Assembly (NCBI GenBank): GCA_964016885.1
Contig: OZ024743.1
Location: 361,460,001 to 361,524,000, forward strand
DNA length: 64,000 bases
Reading direction: 5' to 3'
Origin: Eledone cirrhosa
Lineage: Eukaryota
Part shown: one piece after another, positions 1 through 12,279 of the stretch
Layout: the number at the start of each line of letters is the position of its first letter
Numbering within the stretch: position 1 is the first letter of the stretch
Notes under the pieces: generated by a model
Told to the model about the DNA's origin: nothing
The model's database searches: none
What the model saw: the letters and a program-made list of their open reading frames with translations, nothing else
Program-made: the position numbers and the translations under genes

Positions 1-830
1 GGTTGATTTTTAGTTTGCTACTTGGAGTGGGAAGTAGGCCACTGCCACCATTAAGTTTCCCTATAGGTGCTGTTACTGCGAAAATTCCGGCGAATCTTGC
101 TATATGCTAACGTATTTCTAGTTCTAGTGTTAAGTTTATTATGGTTGTGGTGAAATGCTGTGTTATGGCATTTAGGGATGTAGTAAATGGACTGTTCATA
201 ACCAGATTCAGAAAGAGCCTTATTATAATATGCCGCATGGTTTATAAATATCTCCTCATTTGCTGATAGCATGGAGATCCTATACGAGATAGATTTGATT
301 ACTGCTCTGATGACTGCCGGTGGGTGGTTAGAGTGTGGGCTAATATATGTAAGTATTTCACCTGGTTTATGATAAGGGTAATATAGGTTAATATTCTAGG
401 GTAACGTCTAGGAAGTTTACTATTTTATGGTTATTTTAAAAGAATCTATGTAATTGTTTTTTGAGCAAGTCAATGCCTCGATTAGTCCAATTGTGAACTG
501 CAAATAGAGCGTCGTCCCTATATATTCCGCCTTGCAAGGGATGGATTTCAGCTCTGATGTTATGTAATATGTAAATTCCAACTAAATCGGTGATTTGCGC
601 AGAGTCACTTGAGCCCATAGTGATGTCAACATTGTCTGTTCTGTCTTTTCTAGTCCAGAGTGCTCCGTTGAATTCAATGATGGTCTGCCTAGCCATAAGT
701 ATGATGTCAATCTCATTATTGGTTATATCAGAGTTGGTGCTGGCTAGGTTTAATGCTTTGTTGAGCAGTGCCGGGATTATTGAAGCGTAATAGCTGTCAA
801 TGTCAAATTGGAGGAACCTCATAGATTCCT
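1..830 (-). mobile_element. Penelope-like element RT/thumb fragment (Naiad-like), pseudogenised
   Basis: ORF 436-822 has FLQFDIDSYYASI, MGSSDSAQITDLVGIYIL and GIYRDDAL (RT motifs A, B, C). It continues by frameshift into NFLDVTL and HSNHPPAVI, then ORF 51-272. Same style as the element at 40.4-43 kb. Confidence 0.85.
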
Positions 831-916
831 TGCAAATCAGGGACGATCAGTCACTGCGTATTTTTGAAAACAGCAGATATTTTCACTAGTTCTGACAGTT
901 TGGCAGGTGAACAGTC

Positions 917-964
917 AGCTGTACTGATGAACGGTGATACCCAGAAACATTAGTGTCTGCAGTT
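917..964 (+). ncRNA. Type I hammerhead ribozyme (family 1)
   Basis: agctgta-CTGATGA-acggtgataccca-GAAA-cattagtg-TC-tgcagtt: 7-bp stem I (2 GU), canonical core, stem III CAT/GTG, GUC site. Stem II has one mismatch. Confidence 0.8.
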
Positions 965-1086
965 CTGATCACATGCCAACAGAAAAGCAAGAATGAAGGG
1001 TTCATTCTACTGACATAGCTATAAAATTTGGGCTTGCTTGCATAATTGCAACCAAATCGAATGCTATTATTAATATTCGAAAATCA

Positions 1087-1280
1087 GGCGGTGGATTGGC
1101 AGTATCGGTAGAGGGTCGGACGCTATGCTTTCCTGCATAGTTACGTCCCTTTACGATCTGAGTTCAAATCCCGCCGAGGTTGACTTTTCCTTTCATCCTT
1201 ACGGGGTCGATAAAATAAAGTACCAGTAATGTACTGGGTAATTGCTGGCCTTGTGCCTAAAAGTAGAGACAATTATTAAT
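1087..1280 (+). mobile_element. tRNA-derived SINE with target-site duplication
   Basis: A-box-like tggattggcagtatcgg, B box gagttcaaatccc, body gccgaggttgacttttcctttcatccttacggggtcgataaaataaagtaccagt. Flanked by attattaatattcgaaaa at 1066-1083 and 1272-1289. Six copies in the window. Confidence 0.9.
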
Positions 1281-1563
1281 ATTCGAAAAACTCAGATTAC
1301 ATTTATTGTGTTCAGCCATGTAGAGCGAAAACATTTTCTTTTTTATGTGAATTTGGCAAAGCCGGCCATTTATCGCTCGTATACAGGAAACTGACCGACC
1401 AGTCTGTTGCTATGCAAATCAGGCTGATCAGTGGATCTGATAATATGCAGATCTGACTGGTCAGCCAATCTGCTAATATGCAAATCAGGCCGATCAGTCA
1501 CTGTGTATTTTTGAAAATAGCATATATATTCACTAGTTCTGACGGTTTGGCAGGTGAACAGTG

Positions 1564-1608
1564 AGCTGTACTGATGAAGGGTGATACCCAGAAACATTAG
1601 TGTCTGCA
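1564..1608 (+). ncRNA. Type I hammerhead ribozyme (family 1)
   Basis: tgta-CTGATGA-a-gggt-gat-accc-a-GAAA-cattagtg-TC-tgca: intact core and three stems. Confidence 0.85.
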
Positions 1609-1763
1609 TACCAACACAAAGCAAGAATGAAGGGTTCATCTACTGACATGACCATAAAATTGAGGCTTGTTTGCATAATTGCAACCGAATCGAATGTTAT
1701 TATTAATAATCGAAAAACAGATTACATTTATTGTATTCAGCTATGTAGAGCAAAGAAATTTTC

Positions 1764-1804
<41 letters not shown>

Positions 1805-2768
1805 GTGGGCGAAGAAGAAGATTTTGTCAATTTACTTTTCAATTTACACGCCGAGGGGCGGTTTTTCTGCTATTATATTTAATTGGATGTGAAAAACGAT
1901 GAAATTGAACTCAATATAGCTATTAGAATTCATATATTTTTTCAAAGCATATAATATCAGCTAGAAACTTTTTTTTTTTTTTTTTTGTAGCAAAATAAAA
2001 ATGTAACAAACATAACAATATATTCATACCCCATATTTTGTAATAAACAGGCACCGTATCAGAAGCCCGCTACAATGCTATTTCTTTTTCGAGAATATAC
2101 GGCAGTGTAGTGCCGAAAACACTGTCTATGAAACGTTAGTATAGTGTAATCTAAAAAGAAAAAAACTCTCTCCTTTATACATGTGAGAATTTTAGAGTTA
2201 CATGCAAAGGCATCCGGTAAATTAGTATTTGTCATAAAATCTGAACGAAACCTCGATAAGCGTTAATGTATTTTATCATTAAATTCAGTGCCATACCTCG
2301 CTATACTTCAGTAAATATAAGGTATAAATCCGTTCACTTTAAATGAATCCGTGTTGGAACTTCCTGCCAAAGTATATATTAGGTTCCCTTCTATATATTT
2401 ATTTTACATTGGAGCCGTTCAATTTCGATCAAATGTTTACTATGTGGATATGCTGAAGCTTGCGATGTTGCATTTTCTGAAAATACTTTACAGTCAATTG
2501 GTTAAATGTTGTTTGCGTTAATATGATAGTTACACATTGAATATACATTTTCAATAGAAATGATGTAGTGTGGCTGCTTCTTATTTCATCAATAGTAACA
2601 CAGAATATCTTGCAGAAGTCAGGTCAAATGTCTAACATAAATACACACAAGAGAAAATCTAAAACGAATATAAATATAGGCTTTCTTACTCAGGTCCATG
2701 ATCAAACTTTCGCGAAGGAAAATAATCATCATAATGCACCTAATACTGTATTATATTGAAAGGAAATC

Positions 2769-2842
<74 letters not shown>

Positions 2843-3747
2843 TATATGCATATATATATGTGTGTGTGTGTGGGTTATGGTGACTGTCTGCTCTGCAGGG
2901 CTTGACATATTCCTATACCTATAATTGCTCTTTTCTCGCGGGTGATCTTAAATTACATTTTGTGGAGAAAACAGGTCAGTAGGTGCTGTATTCACCACAT
3001 ACATATACATCTATGAATAAATACACACATACACACCCTCAATTACGTACACATGCGCGCGCGCACACACACACATATGTGTGTGTGTGTGTGTTTATGG
3101 ATTATATCCTGTTTATAGGAGAAAATCATGGAACAGAATAGAGGGACAACGGAGGAACGTAGATAAAATATACCAACATTTGATGTTCGTCGATATTACC
3201 ACAGAGGTGAACTATCACGGGCTTTAGTTAAACTAAAATAACAAAAATTAAGTAGTAGAAAACTCAGGAATATCCATCAAATCGCTAATCAATACAGTGT
3301 ACCCATTCTAGAAAGCATCTATATTGACAGAAATTACATAGTCTGTAAGAAAAAATCTCGTTAGTATACTAACAACATTTTTAATAGAAAAAATTGGGAT
3401 GAAAATCATATCTCTACAGAGAACCAATAGAATATTCAGACAGATTAAACAAACCATCCATGCAAAAGAAAATAAAGATACTTACCATTAAAAAGCGAGA
3501 ATGGAATAACAACAACTCTATAACCTAATGGCTGCTGATAAAAATATTATGACACATAGGAATAAATACAAAGAAATGGAGAAACATATACAACATCCTC
3601 CTCGATATAACGGAGGAATAGAATAGTAACTGCCTAGGAAGAATGACAGTGTAAAAGGATAGAAACGTAAACCAATGGACGAGCGTATAGTTACGAATCT
3701 ACATGCTGTAACACATAACAAAGAAAAGACACGAATTAAGAAAAGTA

Positions 3748-3790
3748 GTCACTGAAGATGTCACAGAATGTGTGATGAAAGAGTTTTGAC
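3748..3790 (+). ncRNA. Minimal hammerhead (family 2) at the end of a very decayed PLE 3' remnant (~3100-3800)
   Basis: gtca-CTGAAGA-t-gtcaca-gaatg-tgtgat-GAAA-gagt-TT-tgac. Stem II is homologous to the motifs at 30122 and 34916. Confidence 0.7.
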
Positions 3791-3904
3791 AATGAACATC
3801 TCACTAACCAAGTGGTTATTTAACCAACTGACATGAAGTTATAATAATATATTGATGCGTGAGTTTTTATTGGCTACATGATCCACCCAAAGTATAACAA
3901 TATA

Positions 3905-4430
3905 TCTATATATATAAAACTGTTGTTGTCTGTGTGTGTGTCCTCATTTTTGCAAAGTCTATACAAATCGACATTTCTACTCCGTAGACTTCAAACTTGC
4001 ATTTATATATTCTTTGCCGTCTTAAGATATTAACTACAGCTTTTATTTTTCAATTTTCTGTTGTTAAAGGGGTGTTAGGCGCCGGTCATCCATCTCCGTA
4101 GCGCTCTTATAATATCTGTCTGTATTCCTGGCTGTCTGCATTACGACATTCTGACGAACATTGATGACGTATTATGTTCGCTATTTTCCGTTCATTGCCA
4201 GGGAACGTCTTCACAAACCAAAGTATCGTCTTCCTGTTTTCCTTCGGTTGCAACGTTTTTCGAAATATTTACTTCTGCGTTCACAGATCGATGTTTTAGT
4301 TTCAGAAGATCCCGTTAAGGGTGAAAGCAACGATTCTTTGCTTAAACTTTAAACTGTTATTTTAATCTATATATGTATATATATAAAACTAAGGAAGGAT
4401 ATATCTATGTATGTATGTATGTATTATGTA

Positions 4431-4472
<42 letters not shown>

Positions 4473-5049
4473 TGTGTGTGAAACCCGAGAAGTACACAAC
4501 CGATATTTTTCAAACTTTACATGTGTATTATACTTATACTTGAGGGTGTGTTATATGCACATAAATTCAACTTTTTGATACCCTAGGTATTAGGTGAAAA
4601 ACTGCGTTTTTTTTAGTTTTTAGGGGTTTTTTGAGGCGTTACGTCAGATCGATATCCTTGAAATTGTAACTATGTATTAGTCAGTCTCTTCTTCATACCG
4701 TGAGTAAAGAAAATCCAACTTTTTTATGGCCTAGGGACTGCATTAGGTGAAAAACTGCGTTTTTTTTCAGATTTTTAGAGCTCTTTTGAGGCGTTACGTC
4801 TAGCCGATTTTACCGAAATTTCAAGGCATATTGTGCACATAAACGAGAATTCATTATCTTGATCCCCTAGGGGAAAACCTGCATTTTTCCTGCTTCATCG
4901 AGGAAAATCTTAAAGATTATCCAGCCATCAGAGTATTCGGTTTATTTTCTTTACATATTGTCCAGACATGCAGTTTTTCCACGATTAGGTCTGTTGGCGG
5001 CCCGCGTTCCAAAATACCTTATCCCGTGCAACACCGTGTACCACTGCTA

Positions 5050-5050
<1 letters not shown>
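3905..5050 (+). mobile_element. Non-autonomous Helitron-like element(s)
   Basis: 5' TCTATATATATAAAA start, with a second similar start at ~4367. Internal tandem repeat 4563-4660/4713-4810. 3' cccgtgcaacaccgtg...CTAG followed by T. Confidence 0.65.
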
Positions 5051-5111
<61 letters not shown>

Positions 5112-5112
5112 T

Positions 5113-6145
<1,033 letters not shown>

Positions 6146-6173
6146 GTAGTCACACAACAGTTAGTTCACCATA

Positions 6174-6214
6174 CCGAGAACAATTGTTTCACCTTATGTA
6201 GATCTTCAGCTCGA
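6174..6214 (-). ncRNA. Minimal hammerhead (family 3)
   Basis: tcgag-CTGAAGA-tctacataaggt-GAAA-caattg-TT-ctcgg: stem I paired, palindromic stem III ACAATTGT, weak stem II. Confidence 0.7.
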
Positions 6215-6418
6215 ACTCCAGTTCGTATAAATCCATTCTGACGTTGGTGAGACACAAAGTTGTGTAGGACACGAGGATATAGAAAGCGCTCACAAGGTAG
6301 AAAGCCAAACTTCCGCGTGTTGAAAAGAATCTGCTGACCGGTGCTGGAAACGTATATCGAGGTAGAACACTGGAAGATAATATCCGTAATGGTAGAGCAC
6401 TCAGTCTATGGGATGAGT

Positions 6419-6459
6419 CCGAGCTGAAGATCCGCATAAGGTGAAACAATTGTTTACGG
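6419..6459 (+). ncRNA. Minimal hammerhead (family 3), inverted copy
   Basis: ccgag-CTGAAGA-tccgcataaggt-GAAA-caattg-TT-tacgg. The 3' strand of stem I is partly mutated. Confidence 0.65.
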
Positions 6460-6576
6460 TATGGTGAACTAACTGTTGTTACTACTTCTACCAAACTCGT
6501 CCCGTGGACTGAGTGCTCTACCACTACGGATATTACCTTCCAGTGTTCTACCTATCTGTCTCTCTCTATCTCTCTT

Positions 6577-6633
<57 letters not shown>

Positions 6634-7799
6634 GTGTGTGTGTGTGTGTGTATGTTTATGTGTATGTGTGCGTGTGTGTGTGTATTTATTGTTGTGTGTA
6701 TGTACAAATTGACAATTTTCACAATTTGATATAACATCCTCAAATAAGGCGAAGCCATGAAATGTGTCTGAAGCAACAATTATACCGTTGCCTATAGCAA
6801 AAGAAACGTGTTTGATATATACTTTCCTCAAACGAGAACGGAACTTGACTTGCATACGTCAAACGGTAAGATCTTACTCTTATCTGTATATGGATTATAC
6901 TAATTAATTTGTCTTGATATATCATAAATGTTCCATATTTTAAGGCAGAATTCATAACCCGCTTGTCTAATTCACTAACAATGAAAATCAACAGATTTTA
7001 CAGCAGCAGCTGATTGAAACCGTGTTATTACACCGAAACATCGAGTATTTGCCTGCCCTCATATTTACTTACAACACACCTATCTATGGTTTTATCTACG
7101 ACGTTAACCAGATTGTTAGTTTATACTTCGTATATTCTAATGTACAGAACTTTGATAAAGAATATTTTTTATCCATGTGTATCAGGAATTATAAATACTT
7201 TAAACCGATTATTAGGGTTCAACATGTGTATACATATATATTAGTTTTGATTAGCTTTTTGTAATATAATACTACGGAGAGATTATGTTTTCAGTCTCCA
7301 TTGCATATGATAGTTTTGACCTCAGTTATCTAGAGCTATGAGTTAATACAGAATATCAATATTTACCATGAAATGTCAAGAGTAATTTATGAGGGAGTTT
7401 GGTGGTTAATTAAAGTCAAATGATTGCTAGAAAGTTTTGATTTTATGGTTATTCAAGTACATTTATTAACTGAAAGGCATGAACAATAGTAGCCTTCATT
7501 TAGTAACAAAGGCACGCAAATTACTAAGTTGAATTACTTCTGCTCCAGGATTCAGTGAATTCATCTACCCTGATTTAGCTTAATAACTAATTAGTTGCGT
7601 TTGCATTATGAAATTAACCATATCAGCCGTGCTTAAAATCAGAATTGTTAGCATGAACATTGGTCATTCCACACTTGAGGGTAATCCAGCCAGAAGCATC
7701 AGCACGGAGTGATTGTGTTAAAATTGCTATCGACTTGCTCATTTCTTCAGGATCATGCTGATGAAATCCACCATGATAACTACTACTACTACTAATAAT

Positions 7800-7950
7800 A
7801 ATAATAATTGTTTCTACTTTTGGCACAAGGCCAGCAAATACCCAGTGCATTACTGGTACTTTATTTTATCGACCCCGACCCCGTAAGAATGAAAGGCAAA
7901 GTTAACCTCGGCGGGATTTGAACTCAGAATGGCAAGAGCCGTAACTCTAT
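7800..7950 (-). mobile_element. tRNA-derived SINE, 5' truncated
   Basis: Reverse complement of the 1087-1280 family, with (ATT)n tail. Confidence 0.85.
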
Positions 7951-7974
7951 GCGTCTAATAATAATAATAATAGT

Positions 7975-8195
7975 AATGGTTTTTATTATAGGCAGAAGGT
8001 CAGCAATTCGAAGGGGAGGGGAATGTCGATTAAATCGAACCCAGTGCATTACTGGTGATTTATTTTATAGACCTCGTAAAGATGAAAGGCAAAGCTAACC
8101 TCAACGGGATTTGAACTGAGACCATAAAGGGCCGTAACACTATACTGCAAAGTATGGTGTCCGGCGCTCTACTTATACTACTAATCCACCTAACT
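7975..8195 (-). mobile_element. tRNA-derived SINE, more diverged and longer subfamily
   Basis: Contains gatgaaaggcaaagctaacctcaacgggatttgaactga plus an extra 3' segment. Confidence 0.8.
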
Positions 8196-9428
8196 TCAAA
8201 AAAATGTGTGGAGGTAACCATTTTATTTATATAACAGGCTGTATAAGTTGGGGTGTATAACCCAGTGAAAGTTAAGTACCTATATATGTCACTGTTGTAA
8301 ATAATTATACTCAACTCACCCTAAAAAATTAGGTCTTTTACCTTGGATATTTCTACTATGATTATACTACAACATATATATATGCTGGTCACTTGTTCGT
8401 GAGTCATTTCATTCGAAATTTTCACTGACAATGAACGGCTGGGAATTCTTGTCTTTAATTTTAATTCTGGACAGAGACATTCTCCTGGTGATTTGGGATT
8501 TCTTGTGATGTTCTACTCGTGTCGTTATTTTCCTAGTGAAACTGCAGTAGGGACATTAAAGTGAGTAAGTAAAGATTTTTTATCTTGTTTGCTTTTTCCA
8601 TATTTGATATATATATATATATATATATATGTGTATGTGTGTGTGTTTGTGTGTGTGTTTGTGTGCGTGTGTGTGTGGGGGGGGGCGTGTGTGTGTGCAT
8701 GAAACTACTATAACACTTTTCACTCTCTGCCTCCCACATTTGATTTCAGGATTAGAGTTTATGCCAGTATCCTCTCAGATCATTTTGGAAATACTTTCAT
8801 TCTTGTTTTTCTGCGCCGCCTAAAGGCTTAGAAATCGGTGGTCCCCAGTTCTGTGGCAATGACCAGCAAAGCGTAATCTCATTATATAAACGAATATAGG
8901 CGGTATGTCGTATATACAATATACAATATATTATATACACCTATAACAAATACAAGCATATTACGTACGAGAAAGTATATGTACCTTCACAAAACATACG
9001 GGTAAGGTATAATTACCTATACAAATAAGTAATGGTATAAACATAAATATACTTAGCTCCCACATCAAGACGTAAAGTATCTACGTATTGTTCGTACTAC
9101 GGGTTAGGGTATAATGTGGGGCTGTAATACAGGAAAGTTTTATGAAATTTGTGTTTACAAGACGAAATTGCCTCAGATGTTTTGTTTAAGATGTGATCAT
9201 TGGCGTAGAGTATTTCCAGGCCTTCAGCGGCGTAAAGATTGCATGGTATTATATTTCCGTTATACGAACTAGCTCTAGCAAGGATCTCCCAGTTATATTG
9301 GGTGTGGTTGTCTTTTAGACTCCAGATATAAGCTGAAAGTGACGTTAATATTTGCTCTAGGGTTCTTATATATATTTGATATTTATTTATCCTTATCTTT
9401 GGATTTTAGTCTTCAGATTTATTATTAT

Positions 9429-9544
<116 letters not shown>

Positions 9545-9714
9545 AAAGTAACAAAGATCGGTGGTATTAAGTCAACGTTCTTCGGCCAACGTGTAGTTCA
9601 CTCGATGAATCTGCTGAATTGCCGCTGCAATCAGCTGTCCAGGGAGCACACACTTAATTAATAGCAGATACGATTACTGTGTTTTAGTAGAGATGCAAGT
9701 ATTATATATATATC

Positions 9715-9780
9715 ATATGGAAAACGAATAATCAGTGATGCATCGGAACCGATGCATCACTGATTCTTCGTTTTCCATAT
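9715..9780. repeat. Near-perfect 66-bp palindrome
   Basis: atatggaaaacgaataatcagtgatgcatcgg-aa-ccgatgcatcactgattcttcgttttccatat, one mismatch. Confidence 0.95.
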
Positions 9781-9858
9781 TATCATTCTGTTCTCCGATG
9801 GAGCATAAAATGATCAAACGACATACCGCCTATGGACGCATCCTAGCAACCATACTAT

Positions 9859-9923
<65 letters not shown>

Positions 9924-10014
9924 GTATTTCCGTCAGAAAGGTACAGGAAAAGAGAGTGCTCTATGTAAGCTACAGAGCTTATTAGTTATGTAATAAACAA
10001 CATAAGATAATTAT

Positions 10015-10075
10015 TTCATTTACCAGTGGTTTCTTGAAGACAGTTGTTGCGTCTGTCTTCGGTCGTCAGAATGAA
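10015..10075 (-). ncRNA. Type I hammerhead (family 4)
   Basis: ttcatt-CTGACGA-cc-gaagacag-acgcaacaa-ctgtcttc-aa-GAAA-ccactgg-TA-aatgaa: 6-bp stem I, 8-bp stem II, GUA site. Confidence 0.8.
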
Positions 10076-10105
10076 TAGAAAACATGGTGTATTTATTAAA
10101 TATGG

Positions 10106-10178
<73 letters not shown>

Positions 10179-11156
10179 ATAAATTGTCGTGATTCGCATT
10201 TCGGCCCACGAAATAATGAAAAACAACCTCCGAGATCTGAGGCAAGTGCTCAATGATTCAGATGAATCAGAGCTATAACAAACGTTAAAGGCCAAACACA
10301 CTGAGACGATGGTTAAACAATCATTCGCATAGCCAAAAAAAAACGATCAAGTAAATCGGGTATTGAAAATATACCCGGTCCCCTGGGATGTTGGTAAAAT
10401 CCAGTATTTGGGTTTCTGTGGCTTCTAAATCAAGTACCGTCCGCTTACATAAATAAGGTCAGGCTTCTGGTAAGATGATTGAACAAAGAAGCCACTTTCT
10501 CAACAAGTTTTAGTTCAATGTTAATACGAGGACTGACTATTGCTGACTCCACGTGGGGATCGGCAAGGGAGGCAGCCCCTATATCAGGCGAATACATTCA
10601 GTTGTGTATATTTTTGCAAGAATGCAAAAACATCACAAATCGAATAGAGTTCTCAACAGAAGGGTTAAAATTAACATAAGCTATTCATCAGTCAATAGAA
10701 TCAACTAAAAAATCAAGAAAATTAACTGGTCAATAGCTAGAGTCTGGAGATAAATACAAACATAATTTATCGAGATTCGCATTTCAGCCCAATATATATA
10801 CATACATTTTTTGAATTTTTTGGTTCTTATTTATGAGTACATATATATCTGCGTATATGTATGTGTATGTATTTATGTATATATCTGTGTATATGTATGT
10901 GTATGTATTTATGTTCCTGTCCGTATTTCTATGTAGACGCAAATACGCTTATGTGAGAAAGTATACGTCTACGTACTTTTTAGTATATGCACGGAGTTGA
11001 GTGTGTGTATGTTTATGTTCTGGATATTTATATTTTTATATATATATTTTTTATTTTTTCCCATATTTCCTTTTCGCCCGCTTTTTTCAGCCTCACTTTC
11101 ATATTTCCTAAATTTTGTTTTCAAATCCATATTTAATAACTACACCATGATTTTTA

Positions 11157-11214
11157 TTCATTCTGACGACCTAATACAGACACATCTGTCTTCAAGAAAC
11201 CACTGGTAAATGAA
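11157..11214 (+). ncRNA. Type I hammerhead (family 4), partner in inverted repeat 10010-10108/11125-11220
   Basis: ttcatt-CTGACGA-...-GAAA-ccactgg-TA-aatgaa. Stem II is partly decayed. Confidence 0.75.
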
Positions 11215-11244
11215 ATAATAATAAATATATATATATATATATAT

Positions 11245-11740
11245 AAATTTCGCTCTACATGACTGAATACAATAAATGTAATCTGAGTTTTCGATATTAA
11301 TAATAATATTCGATTCGTTTGCAATTATGCAAACAAGCCTCAATTTTAAAGCCATGTTAGTAGAATGAACCATTCATACTTACTCTTGTGTTGGTATGTA
11401 AACAGAACTGCAGACACTAATGTTTCTGGCTAATACCCTTCAACAGTACAGTTCACTGTTCACCTGCCAACTGTCAGAGCTAGTGAAAATATATGATATT
11501 TTCGAAAGTACACAGTGACTGATCGGCGTGATTTGCATATTAGCAGACTGGCTGATCAGTCAGATCTGCATATTAGCAGATCCACTGATCAGCCAGATTT
11601 GCATATCGAAAAACTCAGATTACATTTATTGTATTCAACCATGTAGAGCGAATTTTTTTTTCTTTTTAATATGGCAAAGCCGGCCATTGATCGCTCGTAT
11701 TCAGGAAACTGACTGGCCAGTCTGCTGATATGGAAATCTG
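11245..11740 (-). repeat. Third copy of the ~440-bp hammerhead repeat, with an inverted segment (11606-11740 on +)
   Basis: 11245-11605 is the reverse complement of ~1410-1765. 11606-11740 matches 1283-1420 directly. The HHR at 11406-11453 (-) has core CTGTTGA (A6 mutated). Confidence 0.9.
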
Positions 11741-11945
11741 ATATACTAATAATTCTGATAAGAGACATATGGACACGCGTTTGGAACAAAATGTCTTTTT
11801 TGTATTAATTAATGATTCTGAAGATATCAATACAAATGAATAATATGCAACTTCCTTCTGTATTTTATAGAAACGCGTGTAGTTCAATTAAATAATATAT
11901 TAAAACTTGTTTATTTATTCATTCATTATACATACACACACGCGC

Positions 11946-12042
<97 letters not shown>

Positions 12043-12131
12043 TATGTGTGTGTAAGCGAAGAATGAACTCTGATGTGAATTTAACCTTAAAACCCCTCCT
12101 GGGTCGCGTATTGATCATTTTCTTGTGTTCC

Positions 12132-12176
12132 ATGCCCTTGATAGGCCCATTCTGGGCGAAACGTACGTAGGTGCAT
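12132..12176 (+). ncRNA. Variant hammerhead (U3:A8, G9)
   Basis: atgccc-TTGATAG-gccc-attct-gggc-GAAA-cgtacg-TA-ggtgcat: palindromic stem III ACGTACGT, stem I with one bulge. Confidence 0.65.
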
Positions 12177-12279
12177 TGTTATATAAACATGTTTTGTTAT
12201 ATAAACATGTTTTAACGGTTTTAAGCTTCTTGTATTCATTTCTTTTATATATATATATATATATATGAAATGACTGGGG

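Larger units (their letters stand above)
835..1770 (+). repeat. Tandem non-coding repeat (~440-bp unit, about 1.7 copies) with one hammerhead per unit; retrozyme/pLTR-like
   Basis: 835-1083 plus 1290-1340 matches 1482-1770. The first unit is interrupted by a SINE. A third copy lies at 11245-11740. Confidence 0.85.
6154..6552 (-). mobile_element. Miniature internally deleted derivative of the Naiad-like PLE at 40.4-43 kb (pLTR plus first codons), with interlocked inversions
   Basis: 6217-6415 matches 42672-42890, including ATG GAT TTA TAC GAA CTG (MDLYEL). 6154-6215 matches 40365-40422. Inverted pairs are 6154-6215/6417-6480 and 6361-6418/6495-6552. Confidence 0.85.

Noticed and set aside
1390-1500. 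Short regularly spaced repeats resembling a CRISPR array
   Set aside because: These are degenerate ~35-bp tandem subunits without unique spacers, in eukaryotic repeat DNA with no cas genes.
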